DNA of 32,583 nucleotides from Catajapyx aquilonaris (lineage: Eukaryota). Positions 1-9,722 of this stretch are shown piece by piece. The DNA lies in contig JYFJ02004369.1 in the NCBI GenBank assembly GCA_000934665.2, forward strand, positions 1-32,583. Direction: 5' to 3'. Positions within the stretch are counted from its first letter, which is position 1. Each line of letters begins with the position of its first letter. The translations under genes were made by a program, and so were the position numbers. Under the pieces are notes generated by a model. It searched no databases. It was not told the origin of the DNA and saw only the letters and a list, made by a program, of their open reading frames with translations.

Positions 1-302
1 TCGCCCAAATCACCTGCACCTGGCACACTGATTGGCGGGAGAAAAAGTCGCGGACGATTCCATAACAGTCCGACAATCTTTTTGACCGTGATAGTACATA
101 CAGTATACACCAACTGATGGGGACTAATGGGCGTATGAAAAGGAGACGAATAAACCGGGAGATGATAATTATGGCAGTGTGCCCTTGGTATTTCTTATCT
201 ATACATTTTCGACTTGTCTTTCCTAGGAATATGCCAGAAATAAATAGGCCTACTTGTAATATTGCAGTACAGTACCATATGGTTTCTTTGTTGGCAGTGA
301 TA

Positions 303-428
303 TTCAGACTCCGATGTAACCTAACACTCTCCTTTCATAGGTGTCACGGACTTATTATACCTTGTTATGTACTGTAAGTCCCCATACTTTACGCTGCAAT
401 TTTGTGCAAAATATTGCATGAAGTACTG
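303..428 (+). other. Conserved upstream block shared by both IR paralogs (second copy about 3141-3269)
   Basis: TTCAGACTC...GACTTATTATACC...CCCCATAC.TTACGCTGCAATTTTGTG.AAAATATTGCATGAA.TACT occurs about 150-300 bp upstream of both IR coding regions, while the neighbouring DNA aligns poorly. Confidence 0.6.
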
Positions 429-574
429 CGCAACCGTCTGGACACTGCCTTCTATACGCTATTATGGGAAAGGCGATAGGAACACTTGTTGACTAAGGTG
501 TAATAAATTCAGCTTGTCATTCGCGAGTGAGGGCAATTCATCACCTTATCTAAATCTTCTAATAATGCCAGTGC

Positions 575-2536
575 ATGTATACCGAAACGATGGCAGAAGG
601 TTGGGGAAGTATGTCTACTTTGGTGCTACGTGTCCTTATCTTGTGCAGTTTTCTTCGGGTTGGACATTTCGTGCCCCCAATTCTGAAAAGTGACACTGAA
701 GACGACATTTTAATGGCACAATTTGTTGAGCAGTTGGCGCAAGTAGAAGACAAATGCGCCTTGGTGTTCGCCACAAACAGAAACCGCATGTCTAACTCCT
801 TGCAAAATGTGTTGCAGTCGCAGTCTAGGAGTACAAGACAAGCTGTGGTCGTTTCGAAGTTGGAAAAATTGCCTCGTGCTGAGAAGGAGCTCTATTCCTT
901 CACGACGATGCCACCGCCAATCAAGTCGAGATTGTGGACTGGAGGATTTTGCACGTTGCATCTCATCTTGCCAACCGACGCGGATCAAATGGATCACATG
1001 GTGGTGGATCTGGCTACGAAAGTGTTAATGGACAACTTACATGACAAGTTCCTCTTTTGGCTGCCTTCGACTAGTGACGAGGGTGTCCTTATGGGAGAGC
1101 CATTCAAAGGGATTAGGTTCAAATTGGCGGCATCATCAAATGGATCAGATGTCAATCTGTCCACCATCTGCTTTTTCTGCAACCAAGGTGAGCCTGCTGT
1201 AATGACCATAGGACTGCTCCAACAGCAGGATGACTTAAAGAAACTCGAACTGTATCCTGATACTAGCGGAAACTTGCATGGTCTCGAGATAAAAGCTTGC
1301 AACCTGTATGAGACTAACCCGGAGAAAACGCGTAAGATGATGGAGATCCAGGGATCATATGACGTCGAACTGACACATATGGCGCCACTGTTTTTGGAGG
1401 ATATGATAAAAGGCAAAGTGACTGTATACCTCCACGACTTTACTTCCATCGGCTTTGAATCCATGTACCCCAATGGAACTTGGAGCGGAAGTGTTGCTGA
1501 AATCCTCAAAGGAAGAGCGAATATGTCATTGACATCCTTCATAACTGAACAGTCGCTGCCATATGGAAAGAACATGTATCCAACTTACAAGTTGTTTCTA
1601 ACCTTCGTCACAAGGAAGTCTGCATCGTGCATGAAGTGGGAAGTCTTCTTCTACCCTTTTACCATGTCATCGTGGATGTTTATCATCGCCTGTACCTTAA
1701 TGTCGGCCTGTTCCATCCATTTTGCTATGAGCAAAGCATATGGTTTGAAGTCTTCATTTGTAGGCGCCATCAAAATTGTGATGCGCATAATTCTGGAGCA
1801 ATCAAGCTACAACCCTGATCAAATGGTTCTGCGCATTTTGATAATTACATTTCATATGTTTGCTCTGGTTGTGTTCTGTGGATACAGATCAAAATTGGTT
1901 GCCTTTCTGACGTTCCCTTCGCAGGAATCCCTTCCCACCACGTTCTCCGAGGTTGTGACAAGTGGTTGGGAAATTGGGATGCCACCTACGGACCACATCC
2001 TATTTGGCATAATGGCTCGAGAAACCAACCAACCGGCAATGAAATTCATACAAAGTAGAGCACAAGTGATGGACAGCGAAAAGAGTTGCTTTGAAGCATC
2101 TCTCGAGAGGAACTTCGTGTGCGTTGCTTATGACTACACAATTAAAAAGACGATGAGTTTATTCAATACTATTTATGGCCAAAGCAGAATTCGCTGGCCC
2201 AAAGCAGTAGCCCTAGATATCTTCATATCTTCTATGTATGGGCATGCCGACGTTTATTTCCCACGCTTGCAGAGATCCTCTTTGGCTTTTTTCGCGGGGA
2301 ATATGTGGGAGAAGGTGCAAGAAAATTATGTGTGGAAACTTACACTTAAGAAAATATTGGAAGAAATTCGATCCGGCGGTTCTGCCCATCTGGGCCACGA
2401 ATTTGTGTTGTCTATTCATAAAATTACGGTTGTAATTTGTTTTTGGTTGTTCGGCCTATTGCTTGCATTCATGTCATTTATATTTGAAGCTACACCCAGA
2501 CGTAAACAGCGGCATATGCATGTAATAATATGGTAA
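575..2536 (+). CDS. Divergent ionotropic receptor (IR, iGluR-derived chemoreceptor), single exon, tandem copy 1
   Basis: 653-aa intronless ORF with a signal-like segment (MSTLVLRVLILCSFL), an S1-lobe motif (YPNGTWSGSVAEILKGRANM), pre-M1/M1 (FFYPFTMSSWMFI), pore segment (ILEQS), M3 (GYRSKLVAFLTFP..LPTTFSEV) and a C-terminal M4 (FWLFGLLLAFMSFIFE). The true start may be 590 or 611. Confidence 0.88.
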   Translation: MYTETMAEGWGSMSTLVLRVLILCSFLRVGHFVPPILKSDTEDDILMAQFVEQLAQVEDKCALVFATNRNRMSNSLQNVLQSQSRSTRQAVVVSKLEKLPRAEKELYSFTTMPPPIKSRLWTGGFCTLHLILPTDADQMDHMVVDLATKVLMDNLHDKFLFWLPSTSDEGVLMGEPFKGIRFKLAASSNGSDVNLSTICFFCNQGEPAVMTIGLLQQQDDLKKLELYPDTSGNLHGLEIKACNLYETNPEKTRKMMEIQGSYDVELTHMAPLFLEDMIKGKVTVYLHDFTSIGFESMYPNGTWSGSVAEILKGRANMSLTSFITEQSLPYGKNMYPTYKLFLTFVTRKSASCMKWEVFFYPFTMSSWMFIIACTLMSACSIHFAMSKAYGLKSSFVGAIKIVMRIILEQSSYNPDQMVLRILIITFHMFALVVFCGYRSKLVAFLTFPSQESLPTTFSEVVTSGWEIGMPPTDHILFGIMARETNQPAMKFIQSRAQVMDSEKSCFEASLERNFVCVAYDYTIKKTMSLFNTIYGQSRIRWPKAVALDIFISSMYGHADVYFPRLQRSSLAFFAGNMWEKVQENYVWKLTLKKILEEIRSGGSAHLGHEFVLSIHKITVVICFWLFGLLLAFMSFIFEATPRRKQRHMHVIIW

Positions 2537-3338
2537 ATATGCTGATATTGTCGTAATATAAGTTACTTTTAGGAAAATGGGCATTAATAGGGTATATTAC
2601 ATGAGAACTAACAACTTTAAGTATTAGTGTTAATTTTTCCTAATTTGTCATGTGTGATTCTAACGGTATTTTTGACAAATAATAACACCATTTGAATCGC
2701 AATCTTAGAACGGTTTTCTCGTAGCTTATCATACCCTGCGCACTCTCTGCTTAGCCCTTCTGGGGTCTGCTTCATTTTCTCTTTGTGACAGCCAGTGTTT
2801 AAAATAAGAGGGAATGTATTTAAAAGATAATAGGTATTTATCGATGGTTGAAATGATATAAGAAATGTATCAAGTTCTCGTAATATTGTGGAGGCATATT
2901 GTCAATGTCCGCTTTCCAGACGCAAAGAACTGATGGTATAGCACAGAAGTTAGAAAATACAGCGCAATCGATGGAAGTGACATTTCTAACTCTTACATTT
3001 TCGACATGTTTTGGGCCAAGAAACACGCTGCCGACCGGACACCGGCCTATAATAATGTTGCCATTCGAGTAACAGTAATAAATAACGTGATTCCGCAGAC
3101 TTGCTATGTGGTCTGTTTGTAGGCGGTGATGAACTACAACTTCAGACTCAATAATAATTACCTAGCACTCTGATTCTATAGGCTACGTACATGACTTATT
3201 ATACCGTGTTACTGACATATGCCCCATACATTACGCTGCAATTTTGTGTAAAATATTGCATGAACTACTCCCCTCTGCACACATTGCAACACCTGTAATG
3301 CTGAGGGTGACAGGAATGAGGGGTAATATTAATGTAGC

Positions 3339-5342
3339 ATGCCAGTCTCGGGTGAGGGTCATCTTCAAATAATGGCCAATTTTTGTACCGAAACGATGGC
3401 TGCAGGTTGGGGAAGTATGTCTACTTTGGTGCTACGTGTCCTTATCTTGTGCAGTTTTCTTCGGGTTGGACATTTCGTGCCCCCAATTCTGAAAACAGAC
3501 ACTGAAGATGACATTTTAATGGCACAATTTGTTGAGCAGCTGGGGCAAGTAGAAGACAAATGCGCCTTGGTGTTCGCCACAAACAAAAACCGCATGTCTA
3601 ACTCCTTGCAAAATGTGTTGCAGTCGCAGTCTAGGAGTACAAGACAAGCTGTGGTCGTTACGAAGTTGGAAAAATTGCCTCCTGCTGAGAAAGAGCTCTA
3701 TTCCTTCACGACGATGCCACCGCCAATCAAGTCGAGATTGTGGACTGGAGGATTTTGCACGTTGCATCTCATCTTGCCAACCGACGCGGATCAAATGGAT
3801 CACATGGTGGTGGATCTGGCCACGAAAGTGTTAATGGACAACTTACATCACAAGTTTCTCTTTTGGCTGCCTTCGACTAGTGACGAGGGTGTCCTTATGG
3901 GAGAGCCCTTCAAAGGGATTAGGTTCAAATTGGCGGCATCATCAAATGGATCAGATGTCAATCTGTCCACCATATGCTTTTTCTGCAACCAAGGTGAGCC
4001 TGCTGTAATGACTATAGGACTTCTCCAACAGCAGGACGACTTAAAGAAACTCAAACTGTATCCTGATACTAGCGGAAACTTGCATGGACTCGAGGTAAAA
4101 GCTTGCAACCTCTATGAGACTAACGCAGAAGAAACCCGTAAGATGATGGAAGTCCAGGGGTTATATGACATCGAACTGAGCCATTTGTGGCCAGTGTTTT
4201 TGGAGGATATGATAAAAGGCAAAGTGACTGTATACCTCCACGACTTTACTTCCATCGGCTTTGAATCCATGTACCCCAATGGAACTTGGAGCGGAAGTGT
4301 TGCTGAAATCCTCAAAGGAAGAGCGAATATGTCAATGACATCTTTCATAACCGAACAGTCGCTGCCATACGGAAAGAACATGTATCCAACTTACAAGTTG
4401 TTTCTAACCTTCGTCACAAGGAAGTCTGCATCGTGCATGAAGTGGGAAGTCTTCTTCTACCCTTTTACCATGTCATCGTGGATGTTTATTATCGCCTGCA
4501 CCTTAATGTCGGCCTGTTCCATCCATTTTGCTATGAGCAAAGGGTATGGTTTGAAGTCTTCATTTAAAGGCGCCATCAAAATTGCGATGCGTATCATCCT
4601 GGAGCAATCAAGTTACGACCCTGATGAAATGGCTCTGCGCATTTTGATAATCTCATTTCACATTTTTGCTCTGGTTGTGCTCTGTGGATACAGATCAAAA
4701 TTGGTTGCCTTTCTGACGTTCCCTTCGCAAGAGTCTCTTCCCAGCACGTTCTCCGAGCTAGTGAAAAGTGGTTGGGAAATTGGGATGCCACCTACGGACA
4801 ACATCCTATTTGGCATAATGTCTCGAGAAACCAACCAACCAGCAATGAAATTCATAGAAAGCAATGCACAAGTCATGGACAGTGAAAATGCTTGCTTTGA
4901 AGCATGTCTCGAGAGGAACTTCGCCTGCGTTGCTTATGACTACACAATTGGAAAGACGATGAGTTTCTTCACGACTACCTCTGGAGAAACCAGAATTCGC
5001 TGGCCCCAAGCGATAGCGCTTGATCTCTTTGTGTCTTGTATGTTTGGGCATTCGGAAGTTTACTTCCCACACATGCAGAGATCTACTTTCGCTCTGTTCG
5101 AGGGGAATATGTGGAGGATGCTTCAAGATAATTATGTTTGGAAACTGACACTTAAGAAAATATTGGAAGATATGCGGTCCGGCGGTTCTGCCCACTTGGA
5201 CAATGCATTTGTTCTGTCTCTTTATAAAATTACTGTTGTGATCTATTTTTGGCTATTAGGCCTATTGCTAGCGTTGATGTCATTTATATTTGAATTTATA
5301 CGCAGGCCTAAGCAGCGGCATATGCATGTAATAATATGGTAA
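3339..5342 (+). CDS. Divergent ionotropic receptor (IR), single exon, tandem copy 2
   Basis: 667-aa ORF colinear with copy 1 at an offset of 2806 bp, with the same IR motifs. The true start is probably the shared ATG at 3396 or 3417. Confidence 0.88.
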   Translation: MPVSGEGHLQIMANFCTETMAAGWGSMSTLVLRVLILCSFLRVGHFVPPILKTDTEDDILMAQFVEQLGQVEDKCALVFATNKNRMSNSLQNVLQSQSRSTRQAVVVTKLEKLPPAEKELYSFTTMPPPIKSRLWTGGFCTLHLILPTDADQMDHMVVDLATKVLMDNLHHKFLFWLPSTSDEGVLMGEPFKGIRFKLAASSNGSDVNLSTICFFCNQGEPAVMTIGLLQQQDDLKKLKLYPDTSGNLHGLEVKACNLYETNAEETRKMMEVQGLYDIELSHLWPVFLEDMIKGKVTVYLHDFTSIGFESMYPNGTWSGSVAEILKGRANMSMTSFITEQSLPYGKNMYPTYKLFLTFVTRKSASCMKWEVFFYPFTMSSWMFIIACTLMSACSIHFAMSKGYGLKSSFKGAIKIAMRIILEQSSYDPDEMALRILIISFHIFALVVLCGYRSKLVAFLTFPSQESLPSTFSELVKSGWEIGMPPTDNILFGIMSRETNQPAMKFIESNAQVMDSENACFEACLERNFACVAYDYTIGKTMSFFTTTSGETRIRWPQAIALDLFVSCMFGHSEVYFPHMQRSTFALFEGNMWRMLQDNYVWKLTLKKILEDMRSGGSAHLDNAFVLSLYKITVVIYFWLLGLLLALMSFIFEFIRRPKQRHMHVIIW

Positions 5343-6693
5343 AGTTGCTTATACGTATGTTGTCATAACCTACTTCGGGGAAACTGGGCACCATTGGGTA
5401 TTAGGCGGCCAGTCACCAGATGTGTCATTGGCAGGTAATACCTGGTCACCTCTGGCTGCCCCTTTATGGGAACTAATGCTGTGAAGAAATGTATGTAAGA
5501 AAATTGTATTATTATTGCTAATACTGTAGTTAAATCTGTTGCATTGTAATAAATTGTGTGATAAAGCATGTATCTATATTAATGAGATAGAAACAGATGG
5601 CATGCCTTTCAAATGTAACCGTTGTTTCAATATTATTATTTTACATGTAATAAAATGGATATTATGAAACAAAATGTCAATTAATGGGGTCCTTCTTCTT
5701 TTCTTTTTCTTTTCAGGAACATGTTAAAATTAGATACACTCTGCAATATTGTTAAAGTGGTTAAATTTTACCGTACATAACACCGCCTTCAACCCTGCGA
5801 TTGAGAGCCTGGCAATGTTACTAAGGACACTGCTTCTTGTCAATCACTCGACTGTCTAAGACGTGACAAGACGTCTATCACAAAATTTTATTTCTCATTC
5901 AGTTCTATATTTGTGAACGACAGTGTTGGCTGAAGTACAGCTTATTGCCATTATTATTGTCCTCTTGCTCTTGGCAGATATTTTAAAATGTTCTTGGCTT
6001 CAAAGAAGCTCAACATAACGTATGCCCAGTTAGATTATTATTTGTCCATGACATTATCTATTCATCTGGTCAATACTTTTTGACAGATAGTCCAGTATAT
6101 CTACAACAAGAGCGGTTGTTTGCCATGGAAGACAAACCTGTTAATTTGTGCAATTCTGTACGAATGTGTACTTATATTTCTTGGAGGCTACAAGTTCATG
6201 GATTATTTCTTCAGTCAATAATAAATGAGGTTTGGACAATAACAAGGTGTTCACACCATCATCAGCACAGATAACAATAAATCACTTGTCCTGCCTACTT
6301 GAGACCCTCAATTATTGGCCATAACTCCAATCACATTATTTTATCATAGGTCTGGGAAGACAACCTTGAAATAATAATCCTATAGAAGCATCAGGAACGA
6401 ATGACTAGGCCAAGGAAAAAGTATAGGGAAATGGTGAGAAAAGTCTGTAAGACACGTACGAGTACGTAAGCTGAATAATGCTTCAAAAAATAAATTGATG
6501 TGATGACAATATTACAATAAAAATATTTTATCGACACACTTTTCCCTTTCGAAAAAATCCGACTAACTGGTGAATATTTGAGCAATTATAGCTTTATATC
6601 AACTTTATTGAGCACATCTTTGCTACCACATAAATTAGAATCGCTTTGTTGCAATGAAAATAAGTGCAGTTACAACAGTGTTTTAACACAATA

Positions 6694-7950
6694 TTAATTC
6701 ATGTTTACGTAACATTTTTTTGACAGTGGCTTAGCCTTGATTTCCAGCAATTCAACCAAAACTTCAGGCGGCAAGTGTTTCGCATCCTTCCAGGCTGGAC
6801 TCGCAGTCAACTGCTCCATTTTTCCAGACACAAACTGCAAGCACACCTTCTTCAGCTGCTCCGCATTGTGGTTGGATGCCAGTTCCAAAACAGTCAGCAC
6901 GTTGTCCAGACAGAGGACACCGGACAGATGTCTCTCGCACATCTCTTTCAGACGCGCCAGATCATACATATTCGCCACCACCAACAACTCCTGCGCCATG
7001 TCCGACATCTTTTCCGGCTCCTTGTCGGTGTAAATGTACCGAACCACCTCTCTCATCACGTCGGGACGCACATCGTGAACCCTGATGTCCCTCGAATGCT
7101 TTTCTAACATGTCGTGTCGAAACATGGCCTCAAACACAGGGCTTCTAGCACTCAAGATGAATTTGTGAGCAGGTATGGAGTCGCTCCCGGTCACTAACAT
7201 CACGTCCGAGTCCATCTCGGACACTAGCAGCTTCTCCAGATCGGACACCAACTCGGAGGATCTCACGCAAACCTGAAGAATACATAACCATTTGTTCATC
7301 TATGTCTAAATACTTTTTGTCCAAACCATACTCAATCGAAAATGTAGATATGTTTTTGGATGGAAATGGTGCGATACCAACCTGAGATGTGGGCGACGTC
7401 ACAGTGACGTCCAGCACTTGAGCTTCGAATAATATCTGGACAGTGTTGTTAGGACACAGGTCGTCCATTCTGCTTCGAAGCAGCTCATGAGATATGAACT
7501 TGACCCAGCCCCAGGCAGGCACTGCAGTTGAGAAGTATCGCTTGGTGTCATATCTGCTGTAGTCATTGTTGGATTTGCTCTTCAGCGTGACTTTAAACGA
7601 GTGGACGGTTTGGACATGGTCAGGTGGACAGGGCGTGTATTCTATATACACTGAGACGTGTCCTGGTTCGCACTTGAGGTCGGCCACGGGGTCTAGTCGG
7701 ATCTTCCACTTCCCTGGGACACCTTGGTTGTGGAAGGAGGATGACCGAAGCACTGAATTTTCATCTTCAAGAAAAGAGGTGAACTCCTCAATGGTCCATA
7801 GAAAGGAGAATGATTTGTTTTTCCTCCTTGTTGTGCATGATCTGATATCTTGAAATAAAGTTTGGATTTTTTTAGAGCGCATCTGATTCTGGCTTAACTC
7901 TAGTAGTTTTACTTACTGTGATTTGCACCTGAGGAATTGCGAGAAGCCAT
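6694..7950 (-). CDS. MATH-BTB (SPOP/roadkill-like) Cullin-3 substrate adaptor, paralog A
   Basis: MATH exon (FSFLWTIEEF...WKIRLDP...HVSVYI...AWGWVKFI) ends at 7382 with CAG|GTTGGT. A phase-0 intron (7381-7273) leads to acceptor TTCTTCAG| and the BTB/BACK exon 7272-6694 (AHKFILSARSPVFEAMF, RYIYTD, LKEMCE..L). The 5' end is either the ATG at 7882 or a small exon 7950-7929 spliced in phase 1 to 7848, giving about 355-359 aa. Confidence 0.85.
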
Positions 7951-8702
7951 GTCAATTCCTGACCGACAACAACAGCCCAGTGAATTGTATTATAGTCGAG
8001 TAATGCGTATTTTTAAAAACTGCGAACATGCAGAGATAAGAGTTCTGCGTGTTTGTATCAATCGACTTTGTACACTAGATTAGGTTATGCTGTATGTTCC
8101 AAGACTTATCAGAAGAAAATGACGCAGCCGTTTGAGCAACCGATGAGACACTCGACACTGTCAATTTTGATTCAAAACTTTTTGAACAATGTCATAGTCT
8201 CATACTATGCAGCCCATTCTCAAAATATAATTATTAACTTCAAATAAATGTTTCAGGTCGGAAGACACCTACATTTTTGTAAAATGAAAATAGATTACAA
8301 AAGGCATTAGTAAATTAATATTGGTTGCGTGTATAGGAACATTATATTCACACCCAAATAACAATGGTATTATCTGCAATGGAATCTGTTATGGCATGCC
8401 ATGATTCAATTTTTAAAATATCTATTTTAAAAAGTCTATAACATCAAGATTTCATTTCACATAATTCAAGATTGCATGTGCCAAACTTTCTAACGTGCAA
8501 TGTGTGACACATGTATGGCGTGAACGGTACCATGTCCAGGAAATGCTGATACAGGGTTGCACAATAAACTATTAATATCAACACAGTGCTAATACGTTTA
8601 CAGAGATAAGAATGTGACCTTTCCTCAATGTAGATAGCACTTGGTTTGTATTGACAGGAACCAGCAGTGAACTACGAAAATAAACAATGACACATTCATT
8701 GT

Positions 8703-9722
8703 TCATTTTTTTGGAACATTTGAATTCACTTCAACCACGATGTCAACCAGCACTTCAGTTGGAAGGATCTTGACCTCTGTCCATGCTGCATGAGTACTCA
8801 ACTGCTCCACCCTTGTAGACGCAAACCGTACGCAAGCACTCCTCAGCTGGTGTGCATTGTTCTTATGCGAAAAGCTCAAAAGCGACACGACATTGTCTAA
8901 ATTCAGCGTACTTGCCAGGTGACGCTCGCACATTTCACGCAACCGAGGCAAATCATATGTGTTTGCAACTGCCAATAAATCCTGAGCAAACTCTGCCATA
9001 TGAGTTGGCTCTTCATCTGTGTAGATGTAATGGATCATCTCTGATATGACAGCCGGGTGCACATTCTGAATTTTAATCACTCGAGTACGCTTCTCCAAAG
9101 TGTCGTGTCGAAACATCGAGGCGAACACTGAACTTCGAGCACTCAAGATGTTTCTATGGGCCATGACAGCCCCACCATCGCTCGTTGCTAGAGACACATC
9201 AGCATCAACTTTGGAGTTCAACATGGTTTTAAAATCAGATGTCAGATGAGATGGACTGACTTCAATATGTTCGGTGTCGACTTTGGCGGTGACAACGTCG
9301 CCGCCAATCTTTCCTTCGAATATTATCTCCAAAATGTTGTTTGGGTACAGGTCTTCTCGTCGGCTCTTCAGGTGGTCAATACCTATGTATTTGGACCATC
9401 CCCAAGAGGACACTTTGGACAGGTTTTCGCCAAACATTGAGTAATCCTTCTTGAACTTGCTCTTCAGAGTGATTTTGTACGAAGTGAGGTACTGCGGCTT
9501 TGTGTACACTGCAAACACGGACATGTGGTCAGGTTGCCCTTTCGAATCCCCCTGTGGGTACAGCTGCAGCTTCCACTCTCCTGAATCACATCCTTCGACG
9601 AGAAATGGCGTCGACTGCAGCTCCTTGTGTCTTGTGTCTCCAAGGAAGCTGCTGAAGTTCTCAATGGACCATCGCATAGAGAATGGTCGCTCTTCCATCC
9701 TCGTGAAGCAAGAGTGTGTGCT
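8703..9722 (-). CDS. MATH-BTB (SPOP/roadkill-like) Cullin-3 substrate adaptor, paralog B
   Basis: The 331-aa ORF 9698-8703 has MATH (FSMRWSIENF, WKLQLYPQG, SWGWSKYI) and BTB (AHRNILSARSSVFASMF, HYIYTD, LREMCERHL) in one exon. An in-frame acceptor CTCTAG| at 9722 adds STHSCFTR. A small upstream exon (possibly 9868-9830) is uncertain. Confidence 0.85.
   Translation of the reverse strand, partial: STHSCFTRMEERPFSMRWSIENFSSFLGDTRHKELQSTPFLVEGCDSGEWKLQLYPQGDSKGQPDHMSVFAVYTKPQYLTSYKITLKSKFKKDYSMFGENLSKVSSWGWSKYIGIDHLKSRREDLYPNNILEIIFEGKIGGDVVTAKVDTEHIEVSPSHLTSDFKTMLNSKVDADVSLATSDGGAVMAHRNILSARSSVFASMFRHDTLEKRTRVIKIQNVHPAVISEMIHYIYTDEEPTHMAEFAQDLLAVANTYDLPRLREMCERHLASTLNLDNVVSLLSFSHKNNAHQLRSACVRFASTRVEQLSTHAAWTEVKILPTEVLVDIVVEVNSNVPKK

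Noticed and set aside
1..100. Possible transposon terminus ending ...CTTTTTGACCGTGATAG|TA
   Set aside because: The other end would lie outside the window, so the TIR and TSD cannot be verified.
994..1575. 193-aa antisense ORF inside IR copy 1
   Set aside because: Shadow ORF; it is interrupted in the paralog and has no recognisable features.
5404..5460. Short imperfect hairpin after IR copy 2 (GGCGGCCAG..ACCAG / CTGGT..CTGGCTGCC)
   Set aside because: Too short and imperfect to assign, and absent after copy 1.
7145..7882. Apparent frameshift between the MATH ORF and the BTB ORF (pseudogene)
   Set aside because: Explained by a canonical phase-0 GT-AG intron at 7381-7273.
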